From assembly GCF_030144855.1 (NCBI RefSeq), contig NC_082733.1, positions 15,996,001-16,060,000 of the forward strand: DNA of 64,000 bases, in the 5' to 3' direction. Of this stretch, positions 27,001 through 39,304 are shown piece by piece. Origin of the DNA: Hypanus sabinus (Eukaryota). Under the pieces are notes generated by a model. The model was not told the origin of the DNA, did no database searches, and saw nothing but the letters and a program-made list of their open reading frames with translations. Each line of letters opens with the position of its first letter. The first letter of the stretch is position 1. The translations under genes and the position numbers were made by a program.

Positions 27001-30000
27001 CATTTGTTTCACGGTAGCACTCTCACGATCTGATAAAATAAGTGGGCAGAAATGTATTTTATTGTTCCTGACTCAACAAAACTGGTCTGATAACTCCATG
27101 TCAAGCTATATTTCCAGGTGCATCCAACTGAGTCATACAGGTGACAGCAAGGTGCACAAGAAGCTTGGGGCCCCTAGTGACATCTTTCCAATGAGGAAAA
27201 GAAAATGAAGAGTGTACATTCAGTCTTGAGGACAAACAATATGATTGCATTAACATGGCTTTCATGTGATATGATATACCATGATGTGAGATAATATCAA
27301 ATCCTTGTTTATTTTTACTTATGTCTTTTTATGAGCGCTGGCAAACCTAGAAAGAGGCTCTGGAGTGACCTTCCTAAGCTCTTTGCTCTTTCCTGTCCTA
27401 AATCAGCACACGGAGTGGCAGGGTAGCGTAGTGGTTAGCATAATGCTTTACAGCCCCAGCGACCCAGGTGCAGTTCCTGCCACCGACTGTAAGTTTGTAC
27501 TTTCTCCCCATGACCACCTGCGTTCCCCATGGGTGCTCCGGTTTCCTCCCACGGGGCGCTGTGGCTCAAAGGCCCGGAAAGGCCTATTCTGCGCTCTTTC
27601 TCAATGAGTAAAACAAAATGAGTAACCTACAGTAAGATCAGAGGATGTCAATTAGGAAGAAAGATAAAGATCGTAAAGATTCACTTTATTTGTCGCATGA
27701 ACATCAAAAGTGAAATGTATCCTTTGTATCAAATCAAATCAGCAAGAAAGCCTACCACTGGTGTCAAGATTGCATTCCCACAACTCACTCACTCTAACCG
27801 ATGTCTTTGGAACATTGGAGGAAACCGGAGCCCCCGGAGGAAGCCCACTCAGTCATAGGGAGAAGTACAAACTCCTTACAGGCAGTGGTGGGAATTGAAT
27901 CCTGACCGGTGATCAGTAGGGCTGTAGAATGATGCACTGATGGTTCAGCCACCGCGCTATCCTGCTGTGCTTCTGGGCCACCCTTCTAAACAGATGTCCC
28001 TTCTGTTCCTTCACTATTAATTGGACCTTCCAAAACCTGCCATTAGCAAGATCCACTTGCATCATACTCAGAAGAGATAATGAAAAGGAGAAGTTATTAG
28101 CCTCCACATCAAAAAACCCTCTGTACAACTGGCTGATTCCGTTTGTGTGCCGACACTGCACAAGCCAGGGTGAGATTTGTAGCCACCTTCTCAATGTTGC
28201 TGTCATTTACAGCTTTATACCTCTTCCACAAAAACACACACTGCCTTTGATTTGTACCTTATCTTTTCGTTAACTATTATAGGTAAATGATGGCGCCGTC
28301 CATGGATAATGAAATCTATGATAATAATATCCCAGTCTCAATTTAATTTAGATTCAGAATGTTAGTGAGCTGCCCTGCTAATCTCCTTGCCTGATTGAAA
28401 ACACACCTGCAAGTTCCAAGACCTACTTAGAGCAAAGTCTTACATCCTGACTGTATAAGGCCAGCACGTCAAAGGTTTGCTCCACACCCTGAACCACATT
28501 TCAAAACCATTTCCCTAAATTCCATAGGAGGTAGTGAGATAAATGAACAGGGTCCACAAAGATGTCCATGAGTCCAGAATGAAGCAGAGTCGATGCAGGT
28601 ATCAAAGTCAATGGTATCTCCAGACTGAGGGTTCATACCATAAAGGCCAATTAGCATAGCAGTGAACGATGGTATGGATTTCACTTCCATTAAGGCAACT
28701 CAGAATGTTCCTTTCCTCTAGGCCCACACAGCTCACACAAACTGCCTCCCCTCCATCACATTCCTCAGAACTCAGCCACGACGGTACACCTCTTGCTCTT
28801 CTGCCAAGCACACTCTCTTCTTACCACTCGGATGTCAGCTCAGCAGTCCCTCACTCCTGCCTCTACTTGTGATGGTTGCGTGCACGATCGCAAGCAGAGG
28901 GCCAAGGTACCATCATACTTGTCGAGGCGGGATGGGGAAATCTGGGGTGTCTCGGCCCTTGTGTGAGGTGAAGGTAGTGGTCCACCTCAAACTTTGTAGT
29001 TTGTTCTTCAAACTCCTCATATACCATCTGGGTAGTCTCCAGCCCCTTGGCATGAACATTGAATTCTCCAACTTCAGTAATTCCCTCCCTCTCCCTTCCC
29101 CCCATCCCAGTTTCACTCTGCCTCCTCCTCCAGCTGCCTATCACCTCTCTCATGATTCTGCCACCTTCTACTACCCATAGTGCTTTCTCCTTACATTCCT
29201 TCTTCACCTTTCCTGCCTATCTCCTCCCTCACCCCTTGATTTTTCTCCTTACTGGTTTTTCACCTGGCACCTACCAGCCTTCTCCTTCCCACCCTCCCCC
29301 CACCTGCTTTATAGGACCTGTGCCCCCTCCCCCTTCAGTCCTGACGAAGGCTCTCGGCCCGAAATGTTGACTGCTCGTTTCCATGGATGCTGCCCAACCT
29401 GCTGAGTTCCTCCAACTTGTTGTACGTGAAACTTAGTTTGTTGATGTTTAGTAGAGAAGATGTTCCGAGAACAATTGCCTGCTGCGAACTGTACGGGCAT
29501 CCAGGATAGGATCCATTTGTGAGCTCAGGTTTTTACTGTGTGTGGCACCTGGAATGGACTGGAGGCAGAACACGTGAGGGAAGGGCCACCGGCATGACTG
29601 AATGAGGGCTGATGTCAGCTGACGATCTCTTTGCAGGAGTTCATATCTCCCGATCAGCCCCTGATGATCAAAGTTGTACAAATTCAAGTTTTGGTGATAT
29701 ATCCCCCTTGGATCTATCACTTCATTCTCCATGAAATATTGTGGTTAGGGTACTCTGAATGGGATCTTAATACGGAAGGATGGCAGGGAAAGGGGGAAAT
29801 CGTAGCTTGTTCTTCTGTTCTTGAATACTCACCTTGGATGGGAAATAACTTAGCAGGAAAATGGGATTGAATTCTGATTCACTCAGTTGGATGCCCTTCC
29901 AAAGGGTGACACATTTTGTACAAGAGCAAACAATAGTGGTGGGAAATCAGCTGTGCAGAACAGACGGGAATCTCGTGAATTTAGCGTCACCCAATCTTTT

Positions 30001-30275
30001 GATTACTGTTGACACTGATGTCACCTGTGGGATCATGCATCACATATAAATCTCATTTTTTTTCCTACACATTGAGAGTATTTAATAACTACAGAAACTA
30101 ACCTAGAAATGCTGCTAGTTCTGACCACTGATGATGGGGGATGGTCATCACTGCCTGAAACTTCCATTACATATTGTAGCTTTTGTGACAACAGACCGAT
30201 AGAACTGGCAACTGGCGGGTTGTTACTTGCATTGTTCAAGTGACTCTCAGATGCCTGCAAGTTACCAGTCTTCAT
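23936..30275 (-). CDS. marchf3: E3 ubiquitin-protein ligase MARCHF3-like (MARCHF2/3 family), complete spliced CDS, 4 coding exons, 738 nt, 245 aa
   Basis: Exons of 173+196+210+159 nt join in frame through GT-AG introns (phases 2, 0, 0). The product has a RING-CH domain, two TM helices, EWRRTNQKV and C-terminal KETIV*. Family is certain; exact orthology within MARCHF2/3 is not. Confidence 0.92.
24552..24632 (-). mobile_element. Very short CR1 tail, same subfamily as 19036
   Basis: gacaatagacaatag.tgcagaagtagaccattc...gagatcat.gctgatcat is nearly identical to 19038-19118. Confidence 0.8.
24798..25007 (-). CDS. marchf3: MARCHF3-like coding exon 3, two transmembrane helices
   Basis: WLIDP...[19 protein letters not shown]...[21 protein letters not shown]; acceptor gtgttttccAG, donor ACT|GTAAGT; 210 nt. 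Confidence 0.95.
25130..25440 (+). mobile_element. V-domain tRNA SINE, old
   Basis: agtggtgcagt head, tgtggattttgtatgtcctccc...cacatcccaaagatgtgc core, CR1-like tail. Confidence 0.6.
25960..26155 (-). CDS. marchf3: MARCHF3-like coding exon 2, RING-CH (C4HC3) domain
   Basis: CRICHE...[23 protein letters not shown]...CELCH; acceptor ttttcattctgtgtAG, donor GAG|GTAACC; 196 nt. Confidence 0.95.
27413..27608 (+). mobile_element. V-domain tRNA SINE
   Basis: A-box-like TAGCGTAGTGG, degenerate B box, gggtgctccggtttcctccc core. Confidence 0.75.
27795..27965 (-). mobile_element. V-domain tRNA SINE
   Basis: ggaggaaaccggagc...ggggagaagtacaaactccttaca is the reverse complement of the SINE core. Confidence 0.7.
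28870..29430 (+). mobile_element. Penelope-like element 3' region
   Basis: ctcatataccatctgggtagtctccagcc...atgaacattgaattctccaactt, CT-rich spacer, ctgacgaagg.tctcggcccgaaatgttgac terminal block. Confidence 0.7.
30103..30275 (-). CDS. marchf3: MARCHF3-like coding exon 1 (MKTGNLQ...[24 protein letters not shown])
   Basis: GCCATGA start context at 30275. QYVMxVS...SxVVRT is the MARCHF2/3 N-terminal motif. Donor TAG|GTTAGT, phase 2, matches the next exon. Confidence 0.85.
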
Positions 30276-31314
30276 GGCAATCAAGTCAAAATCATTTTTC
30301 CAATTTATTACGTTCCCTTGTATTCCAAATGTAGAAAGTATGAAGTTATTAATATAGCATCCACCTTAAAGGGAAAGAAACAAAAATGACTTGATTTGCT
30401 ATTCTAAATGTTTAATTCAAACCATATTACATAAAACTGCATTGTCAACATTATTTTACTGCAATTGGCACAACAGTGAAATGACATTAATAACAACTTT
30501 TTTAATGTGGTAAAAATATTTTCTGCACTTAAAAGAATAAAGTCGACCCCTTTAACCAAAATAAAGGTAGACAGTAAATCATGTGAAATATAGCATGTTC
30601 AAGGAATCAGTCTGAAGTAAGTCTTAAACGTAGAGAAATAGGGAAATTCGTAATTCCAGTGTTTAGTTGCCTTTTCCACAAAATAAACTTGTAAAGTCAC
30701 TTTCAAGATAGAGGATGGTCAGCAAGGCCAGCATTTACTGTCCATTTCTAATTGTTATTGAGAAGGAGATGATGAGATACATTCTGCTACATCTTTGGTG
30801 TGGCTGGTGCCACAATGCTGCTGGGTAGGGAGTTGCAGTATTTACACCCCTCTCCCTCTACCTTTTTATTCTGGTTTCTTCTCCCTTCCTTCTCAGTCCT
30901 GACAAAACATCGACTATCTATTCATTTCCAGAGATGCTGATTGACCTGCTGTGTTCCTCCAGCATTGTGTGTTGTTAGTGATAATGAAACTCTTGTTACA
31001 GGAGATTTGAAAGGGAAGAGAAGAAGCCATCTACAATATCTGTTAACATAAGTAGTTTTTATGATAAGCTAATTACTTGTTAATTAAGCCTGATCTTTAA
31101 CAAAGGTGAGCATATTGGAGTGCTTGCTTCAGTTTGATAGCAGGAATAACTAACAATAATTCCTCGTTATAGAAGATATAAATATCATTTGCCTTTACAG
31201 TATATGAAAACATCTACAATACTCTAAGAATAATTATCCATGCTGTTGAAGAGAGGTGTGTTATTTATTTGTCATTGAGATATTTAGCATCCATTCTACA
31301 GACATGAAAATAAA

Positions 31315-31725
31315 TAAACTGGAATTCAGAAAAATGAAGGGTGTCCTCATTGAAACCTATCGAATGGTGAAAGGCCTTGATAGAGCGGACGTGGAGAGGA
31401 TGTTTCCTATGGTGGGAGAGTCCAAGGTCAGAGAGTATAGCCTCAGAATAGGGGGCGTCCTTTTAGAACAGAGATGAGGAGGAATTTCTTTAGCTAGGGA
31501 GTGGTGGATCTATGGAATTCTTTGCAATAGGCAGCTGTGGAGGCCAAATCTTCATGTATATTTAAGGGAGAGGGTGACAGATTCTTGATTGGCCAGGGCA
31601 AGAAAGGATATGAGGAGAAGGCAGGAGACTGGGGCTGAGAGGAAAATTGGATCAACCATGCTGAAATGGTAGAGCAGACTCGATGAGCCAAATGGTCTAA
31701 TTCTTCTCCTATATCTTATGGTCAC
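31315..31725 (+). mobile_element. CR1 3' end
   Basis: LEFRKMKGVLIETYRMVKGLDRADVERMFP; tail atatcttatggtc. Confidence 0.85.
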
Positions 31726-33346
31726 ACATCTTAAAAAGTTTCCACTCTTGACCTGTATGGACCAGAGAGGCATGCCATAGAAAACACAACCGGTGGCTAG
31801 CCTACCTTCTCCTTGTCACCGTGAATTGATTTAGACAAGGATTCTGCACATGTGGTAGGCCTGATTTCACCTGCAAAACCACTGTCAAGACTTATTCACA
31901 AGAAATGGGAATTTGGAAGAAAATCGCATGGATGGAAGCCCAGTCAGCTAAAAGCAGGGACGGCGGAGGAGAGTACATATGAAATGTACACAGTTAAATG
32001 GTATGAATATTCATTTCTTGGCCTATTTAATGGTCCTCTCAGCTGGTCATCACTATCCTGCTTGAAGGCAAGAGCAAAATTACTCCAGAATAATTCAATT
32101 CTTCAGACTGAAGGACAGACTAAATTGGCCCTAACTGGATATTGTTTTTGAATTAACCGGGACAAGAACTTCATAGAAATGCATTTAAAAATGCATTTTG
32201 CCAGCAATTGGTCAGAGTAAAGGATGATATAATAGCCTCACATCCAGTCAATTGTAGTTTTCAGATATGGAAGGCAGCTTATTCAAATAATTATCCATTT
32301 AACACTGTCTGCAATAAAAAATTTTTTGCTTCTTAACCAGTTATTAAAGTAAAGTAACCTCATGTTCTGAACACTAAAGTACTCCAGAGATAAAGAAAGT
32401 TCTTAGTATTTCTTCAATCTACCATCTTTCAATTAAGTTCCATGTTGTAATTACACTCTGGGTGAATAGCTCTTTACTCTCTATTGGTTTTATTTGTGAT
32501 TAAATTAGATTTATGACCATCTTTTGAATGCAATAAATCGCTTAACCTTGAATGAAATGAAAAGCCGTTTTTATTAAGCTGAACGTGTTTAAGTTCTGGA
32601 AATATCCGTTATTAGGAAGTAATATTTCATTGTTGAGCACTATGTCCTGTACATTTCCAATTGCTGTTGTAGCAATTCTGAAATACAGCCTTTCCCTTTG
32701 GCAACAGAAATAATGAGAGTGTTTAACTTCTATCTGGATAATACCTATTAGGCACCAGTAGGATATTTCCTGTATTACTTGTTGTACAGTTATGTGCTGA
32801 AATGGGTCAATACTTCTTGACCTATGTGAATAACTTGACTAAGGAATGATATTCTGCAGCTGATACTAAGCCTGGAGGTGTAATATGGTAAGAGAATACT
32901 AAAGGATGGTAGAAAGGCATAGACAACTTTAAGGAATGGGACGACATGTGAAAGATGAAATTTAATGCCCAGGCAAAGTGATTCTGCCACAAGGAAAAAT
33001 ATTTGTTTAAGTAGTACACACTGAGTTAACATTTCAGGTAAAGAAAAATCGCCTTGAGTTCTGACGATGGGACTCAGACTTGAAAATTCACAATGCTTCT
33101 CTTTCCACAGATACTGTTTGACCTACTGAGTGTTTCTAACATTTTTTTTATTTCAGATCTCCAGCAGTTCTGCTTTATTTTACTTTCATAGCTGATACTG
33201 ACCCTGAGGCAAACCAGGTTTCTATGTCTTTACGTATGATGCGATAACATAGCGAATATACAGTATATAATGCAATTTGTCTGCCTATCTAATAAAAAAT
33301 ATCAATGACGTATTCCTTGATCTATTGGATCAAGATATTTCAGAAC

Positions 33347-33508
33347 ACTTACCTTTGCCAGTAGTTATTGCTTTTCAATAAATGATGATAATTTACAGAG
33401 AAAAATGTAGCAGTTGTTCGGTGTGTTAAAATAATTACATTAAAATACTTACTAAAATAAACAGTGAGGGTGTGTAATTATTTTGCATTTCTCGATCTGT
33501 TTATATAA
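33347..33508 (-). promoter_or_regulatory. Candidate TATA promoter and non-coding first exon of the MARCHF3-like gene
   Basis: Minus-strand TATATAAA at 33507-33500 and a consensus donor AAG|GTAAGT at 33353/33352, 3 kb upstream of the ATG exon, in non-repeat DNA. Confidence 0.3.
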
Positions 33509-34259
33509 TGAACACAATCCATAAGTTATAAGCTCAAATTTCTTCATTACAGTGCCAGATAAACAAGCAAAACAAGCTGTTCAATTGTATGAAAACCCCA
33601 AAACCCAAAACGTTCAGAGAAAGGAAGTCACCATTAACACCTGTTCATGATATGTGAGCCTGCGATCCCAGCTTTAATTCTTAATGTTCCTTTAACTCAT
33701 GAAAACAAGTGCAAAGAAGATGGCTGATCGCCCCCTTCTTAGACTTGGAGATCTCCACACCGCAAGCAGTTGATGCTGATGGTGTGTAGACCCTCTGACA
33801 GTCAGATGCTGCAGCTTTGTGCATCTTCTTATTCCAAGAGAAAAGGAAAAGAATTAATGAGTGTGTGACAAGGTGTGATATGTCTGTTGCAGTTGGAAAG
33901 CTGCAAGTGTGAGAAGGGTGCACGAAGAAATATAGTTGTTGGTAGATAGGAGTTGTTGTTTCCACAGACTTGACTTCAAATTTGAGGTCATTATAAACTT
34001 TTTCTAGAATGGTTTCATGAACCACATTCTCACACTTAAGTTTTATTTCCAACTTACTCTGTGTGTCCTTGAGCTCAAGGGCCCTCTACCTCTTTCTTCC
34101 AATGGATGCTCAAATCTACCCTACTGCTCAGAGATCCTTAAGCAGAAACCAGCAGTCATAGGATTCAGTACTCACCTCAGTCCATGACCGTGCCTGCTAC
34201 TTTTACTTGGTGACCAGTTATTTCAAGATCCTTAGAGACTTAACCTTCAAAATGGCCAC

Positions 34260-34565
34260 AACCTTGTTTGGAGGCTTGCATGCCTCAATCATCTGGAGAG
34301 CTATGTTGGCAGGAGTCAGCACTTTACACTTTGGCTCTTGGTAGGGTCACCCATGCCAAACAGGTGAACAGGCAGAGGCCAAACTAAGAGTGGTCCACTG
34401 GTCCTCCAGGTTCTGGGGATCAACTCAGGCCTAACAACCCTGACTGGTCAAAAAAATAGTTATGGAAACAAAAATGAAGAAGCATTCTATAGCTATGTGT
34501 GACAAAGCTGGAGGACCTTCATTACTATCCTAAATGCCAGCCAGCAGCCTAATGGGCAGTAATAA
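34260..34565 (+). mobile_element. RTE (Rex3/Expander-like) 5'-region fragment
   Basis: ggctcttggtagggtcacccatgccaaacaggt...aagagtggtcca resembles RTE-clade 5' UTRs as I recall them. Confidence 0.35.
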
Positions 34566-34759
34566 TTGGAGACTTCAGAGTTACTTGACTTTCGCTCAAC
34601 ACAAATTGTGCAGGATCCCTACCCAGCAGCATCTTAGCATGTGTTTTCATGCAATAAAGAGTTTCTACATGTTGATGTGGACATTTCACCATCTCTTGTC
34701 TCCTGGCTTACAAAATGCTACTGTTCTGCATGTTTCATCCCGTAAACCCATCTGATGGA

Positions 34760-35080
34760 AGTAATCGCATGGAAGGAAAGACCTTCAGCTAAACTTGTCC
34801 ATGCTGACCAAGTTATTCCCTGAACTAATCCCACGTGCTTGCATTTGTCGCCAGATACCTTTAAGCCTCTTCTATCCATGTATCTATCTCAATGTATTTT
34901 AAACATCTGAACTGTACCCACCTCTATCATTTCTTCTGACAGTTTGTTCCATATATCCACCATCCTCTTAACAGAAAGTTGCCCTTCAGATCTCTTTTAA
35001 AACTTTGCCCTCTTCCCTTAAATCTATGCCTTCTGGTTTTAGACTCCCTTACACTGGGAAAAAGGACTGTGACCATCCAC
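34760..35080 (-). mobile_element. CR1 3' fragment
   Basis: Reverse-complement CR1 tail and RT C-terminus motifs. Confidence 0.6.
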
Positions 35081-35084
35081 TTTT

Positions 35085-36280
35085 TTTTCCAAGGACATCT
35101 TCAATCTCTCACTGCTGCTGTCAGTGGTTCCTATGTGCTTTAAAAGATGACTATCATACCAGTGCCCAAGAAGAGCAGGGAAGCTATCTCAACAACTATT
35201 GCCCGTTTGCATTCATGCATACTGTGTGAAGTGCTTCTAGAGGTTAGTCTTGGTCAGAATCAATGCCTGCAGTGGATGCAATCTCACTGGCTCTCCACTT
35301 GGTCTTGGATCTCCTGGACAATAGCAAAGCCTATTGATTATAGCTCAGCATGCAATACAACCATACCTTTAGTTCTAATCAAAAAGCTCCGAAACTTTAG
35401 CCTCTGAACTTCCTTCTGCAACTGGATCCTTGGCTTCCTCACTGGGAGACCACCGACAGAGTGGATCAGAAATAACATCTACTCCTCTCTGACAATCAAC
35501 ACCTCAAAAATATGTGCTAGGCCCACTGCTCTACTTTGTCTGCACTCATGACTGTGTGGCTGACCACAGGTGAAAGTACATCAGTAAATTTGGCAATGAT
35601 AGAGCTTTTGTTGGCAGAATTTCAGATGGTGACGAGGAGGTATACAGGAGTGAGTTAGATCAGCTGGTTGAATGGTGTTGCAACTGCAACCTCGTATGCA
35701 TTATCAGTACGACCAAGGAATTGATTATGGACTTCAGGAAGGGGAAGCCGAGGGAACACACACCAGTCCTTATTGAGGGATGAGCAGTGGAAAGGGTGAG
35801 CAGTTTCAAGTTCCTGTATGTCAACATCTCTGAGGATCTATCCTGTGTCCAACATATTAATACAATTACAAAGAAGGCACCACAGCAGCTATAATTCATT
35901 AGGAGTTTGAGGAGAATTGGTATGTCACCAAAGACTTGTAAATTTCTACAGATATACCGCAGAGAGCATTCTAACTGGTCTGGAATGGAGGGGCCACTGC
36001 ACCGGATTGGAAAAAGCTGCAGAAAATTGTAAACTCAGCCTGCTCCATCATGGGCTTTAGCCTCTCCTGCCTTGAGGACACCTTCCAAAGGCAATGCCTC
36101 ACGAATGCAGCGTTCATCATTAAGGACTCCCATCACTCAGGATGTGCCCTCTTCTCACTGCCTCAATCAAGTAGGAGGTACAGGAGCCTTCACTCACAAC
36201 TCTGTATGATTGCATAATCTACAGACTCACTTTCAAGAACTCTGCAACTCATATTCTCAATATTATTTTTATATGTACAA
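35085..36280 (+). mobile_element. Rex1/Babar-like LINE RT and 3' end
   Basis: TIIPVPKK, LNNYCP, DYSSACNT, TKELIMDFRK, FKFL-V-ISEDLS motifs across frames. Confidence 0.8.
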
Positions 36281-36869
36281 TTTACCCATTCATTTCTCTT
36301 TGGAAGGTACGGATTGACTTTTTCTAAAGGCAGTGAATTTCAGATTATCACTCAACTAAATCTTCACATCCCTAACTAAATCTTCATGTGCCTCTACATC
36401 TTATATTGATTATTGATCCTTGAACTATTTGCTTTTGTGGAATGTCTCTCTGTCCAATCTGACATAATTTGATATGTATTTATCGAATCTCCTCTCAGTA
36501 TTCTCTGCTACAAGGAAAACACCACAGCTTCTCCAGTCCATCCCTATAGCTGAAATCCCACAAATTGTAACTACCTGAATCAACTTCTTCTCTGAAAATT
36601 AAGCATATGTACCAATGGAAATTGTGGTATTCTGCTTGATGCTCAGATTGACGGAACTGTGGATGATAAGGAAATCAAAGCATATTGGGTGTTGTTGAGT
36701 ACGTGGACAAGCCCTCTGATTGAAAAGTACAGCATGGAAAATTTCAGGCATAGTTAAATAGATTAGAAAACTCAAAATAATATAAAGCCATCAAAAATGT
36801 GAATACCACTAACATAATATCTGAATTCAAATGAATAGTTTCAGGGTTGTAACAGTTAGTGGCCAATAT

Positions 36870-37385
36870 CTATGACAAGCCTACTGATGACCACCGCTCC
36901 TTCCGACTTCCTGAAAGGGTCCCTTTCCATTCTCCTTTGTTCTCCAAACTCCATCAGATATGGAGATGACAACTTCCAAAACGATACTTCTGGGATGTCT
37001 TTGGTTTCTTTCCACCATAGTTGGGAGGTCTCTCAGCTGCAACTATTCCATCTCTTACATTTCTGCTCTCATTCCCTTTCCTCTTTCCCCCAACCCACCC
37101 AGAGCAAGGGTAAGCATCTCCCTGACCTCACCTTCCACCCCACTACACTGTAGTTACATGGCATCACCGTCAGATCCAATATCCACCTCTCCTTCCTTTC
37201 AGCATTCTGAATAGATAATTCCCTTTGCAATCTACTAGTTCATCTGTTGACCTTCTGATGGCACCTTCCCATGTGACCACAGGAGTTGCAACATCTTCCC
37301 TACTAACTCCGCTCTGCCCACAGTCCAAGGACTCAAACACTCCTTCCTGGTGAAGCAGTGATTCACTTGCACTTCTTCAGGAGGT
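36870..37385 (+). mobile_element. Penelope-like coding fragment
   Basis: ctcaccttccacccc, gatggcaccttcccatgtgaccacaggagttgcaac (Cys-rich linker), ttcctggtgaagcagtgattcacttg preceding the GIY-YIG region. Confidence 0.55.
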
Positions 37386-38699
37386 GATAGAAGCAGGTTC
37401 ACTAGCAACCACTGGAAAAACATATGGAAAAGTTTAGATGGATACAGGGCAAACAAAAGCAAAGAGGATTAGCACAGGCATCCCAGTTGACAAGAGCAAG
37501 TTGGGCCAAAGTGCCTGATTCCATGCTGTATGACTCCAAGAATCTAATCTGACTCCTATTTTTAGTAAAGCCCTAATCATAGGGACTGCCAATATAACAC
37601 ACATCATTACTTGGTTTGTGTTAGATGGTTTAGGCTGGCAGAGCAGTTAGACCTGTGGAAAAGAGTATTCCATTCATTTAACCTTTGTCAGAATCAGAAT
37701 CAATCAGGTTTAATATCACTGGCATATGTCATGAAATTTGTTAACTTTGTGGCAGCTGTACAGTGCAATACATGGTAATAGAGAGAAAAGTAAACTGTGA
37801 ATTACCGTATATATATGTATATATAGATATATAAAATTAAATAATTAAATTAAATAAATAGTGTGAAAAAGGGAAATTTGTAGAGACAGAGTGGTCTTGA
37901 GATCCAACTATATGGCTGATAATTTTACAAAAATAACGAGTTCAAAACCAATACATACTTGTAAGTATGCTACTTAGTCATTTTAAAGTAACTATTGAAA
38001 CTGAATGGACCCCAAGAAATTATCTATAAATCATGTAAAGGTCAATCTAATGAATTATTTCTTCAGACATTTCATTTCAGAAAGGATAAACTTCACCATC
38101 AAATTGTCCAAACAAAAGTCCCTGCAACATCACAGTCATGATCAACTACGATATACTAACAAACTTTTAAAACATCTTTCAAAATAATGCAAGACTCCCC
38201 CCACCCCCACCCCAATCTAGATCAATAGTGGGAACTAGTTTACGTGAGGGATGCATTGATCATTTCAACGTTTAAATGAACCGTCTCCTTGTCCAGGAAT
38301 AAAATCATCAATTGAAATAATTGCATCTCATAGACTGACAACAGACATGTTGCATGTCTGGAGAGACTCCGATTAAATCTGTGAGTTGATTCAACATTAT
38401 TTGTAGCCACTGCATTCACAATTTAACGCCTTTCAGATGCAAGGCTTTAAACCAACCTGTTAAAGTAGGTTTATAATCACTCCGGTGTCGAGGTTTTCAA
38501 TTACTGGTTCCAGCGGCGAGTTCAAATGATTCCCTGATTAATTTCTGTACCTGACGCACAATGGAGCGGATATAATTAAATCTTTGTTTAAACTGTATTT
38601 CACGTTCGTCCTAGTTCAGTTTGCGGCAACTTTACCATCTATGACTGTTAAACCTCCTGCACGATATCAAAACTGGTTCCAACCAACTCTGTTAATAAT

Positions 38700-39300
38700 T
38701 CAAAGACGCGTCGGAAAGCAACATCGCAAGCAAAGCACAAATCAATGGCAGTGACGTATGTAGCCAGGTCCAATTCCAAAAGCAGCTTTTAAACGCTCTC
38801 GGGCAAACACCTATTGCAAAATACAGTTTTACAAATATGCGGTATAGCGATGAAGCTTACGCAGAGACAACAGCCCGGAGAAGATAAAACTGGGTCAGAA
38901 CAGCTGTCACCAGTTGAACCCTCCCCTTCTGGCGCCTGATGATAACAGTTCATTGGCACGTTGTCTCTGGGCGCGGGGGGATTTGCGGGCATGTTTTCCT
39001 ATTGTACATCTATGTTTTTCATCAGAAACGTTGAACTCACAGTTCAAACTCTTCCCCCTGTTTCCTCTGTTCAGACGGCCTTTAACACCAGAATCATCTG
39101 CCCGTCAGGTAGCCTTCACTTGTCGGCGCTCAGCTGGGAATGGCGTGCTTGCATTACACCTTCAAAGTAATAGAAACGCCCCCGGAGTATCTCCAGCCCG
39201 GGAACTGGTTGTTGTAATTATCTCCAAACTACTGGTGCTCGCTGTCGTTCCAGTGCGAAGGTAAGGCGTACAGGACCCAGAGCTCCCGCGCGGGCTGAGG
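38700..39300 (+). promoter_or_regulatory. CpG-enriched promoter-like region with a putative non-coding first exon ending at 39260
   Basis: Many CpGs in non-repeat DNA, TGACGTA CRE-like site near 38752, strong donor GAAG|GTAAGG at 39260/39261 followed by GC-rich sequence. Confidence 0.4.
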
Positions 39301-39304
39301 TGAG

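Noticed and set aside
27413-27490. tRNA-like A and B boxes
   Set aside because: SINE head with no cloverleaf, followed directly by the SINE core; not a tRNA gene.
28430-29900. Possible L1/Tx1 endonuclease remnant on the minus strand (LII.G..GDMN, SSQMD.IL)
   Set aside because: Too degenerate to call without a profile search.
37805-37862. AT-rich low-complexity run
   Set aside because: Simple repeat within a LINE 3' UTR fragment.
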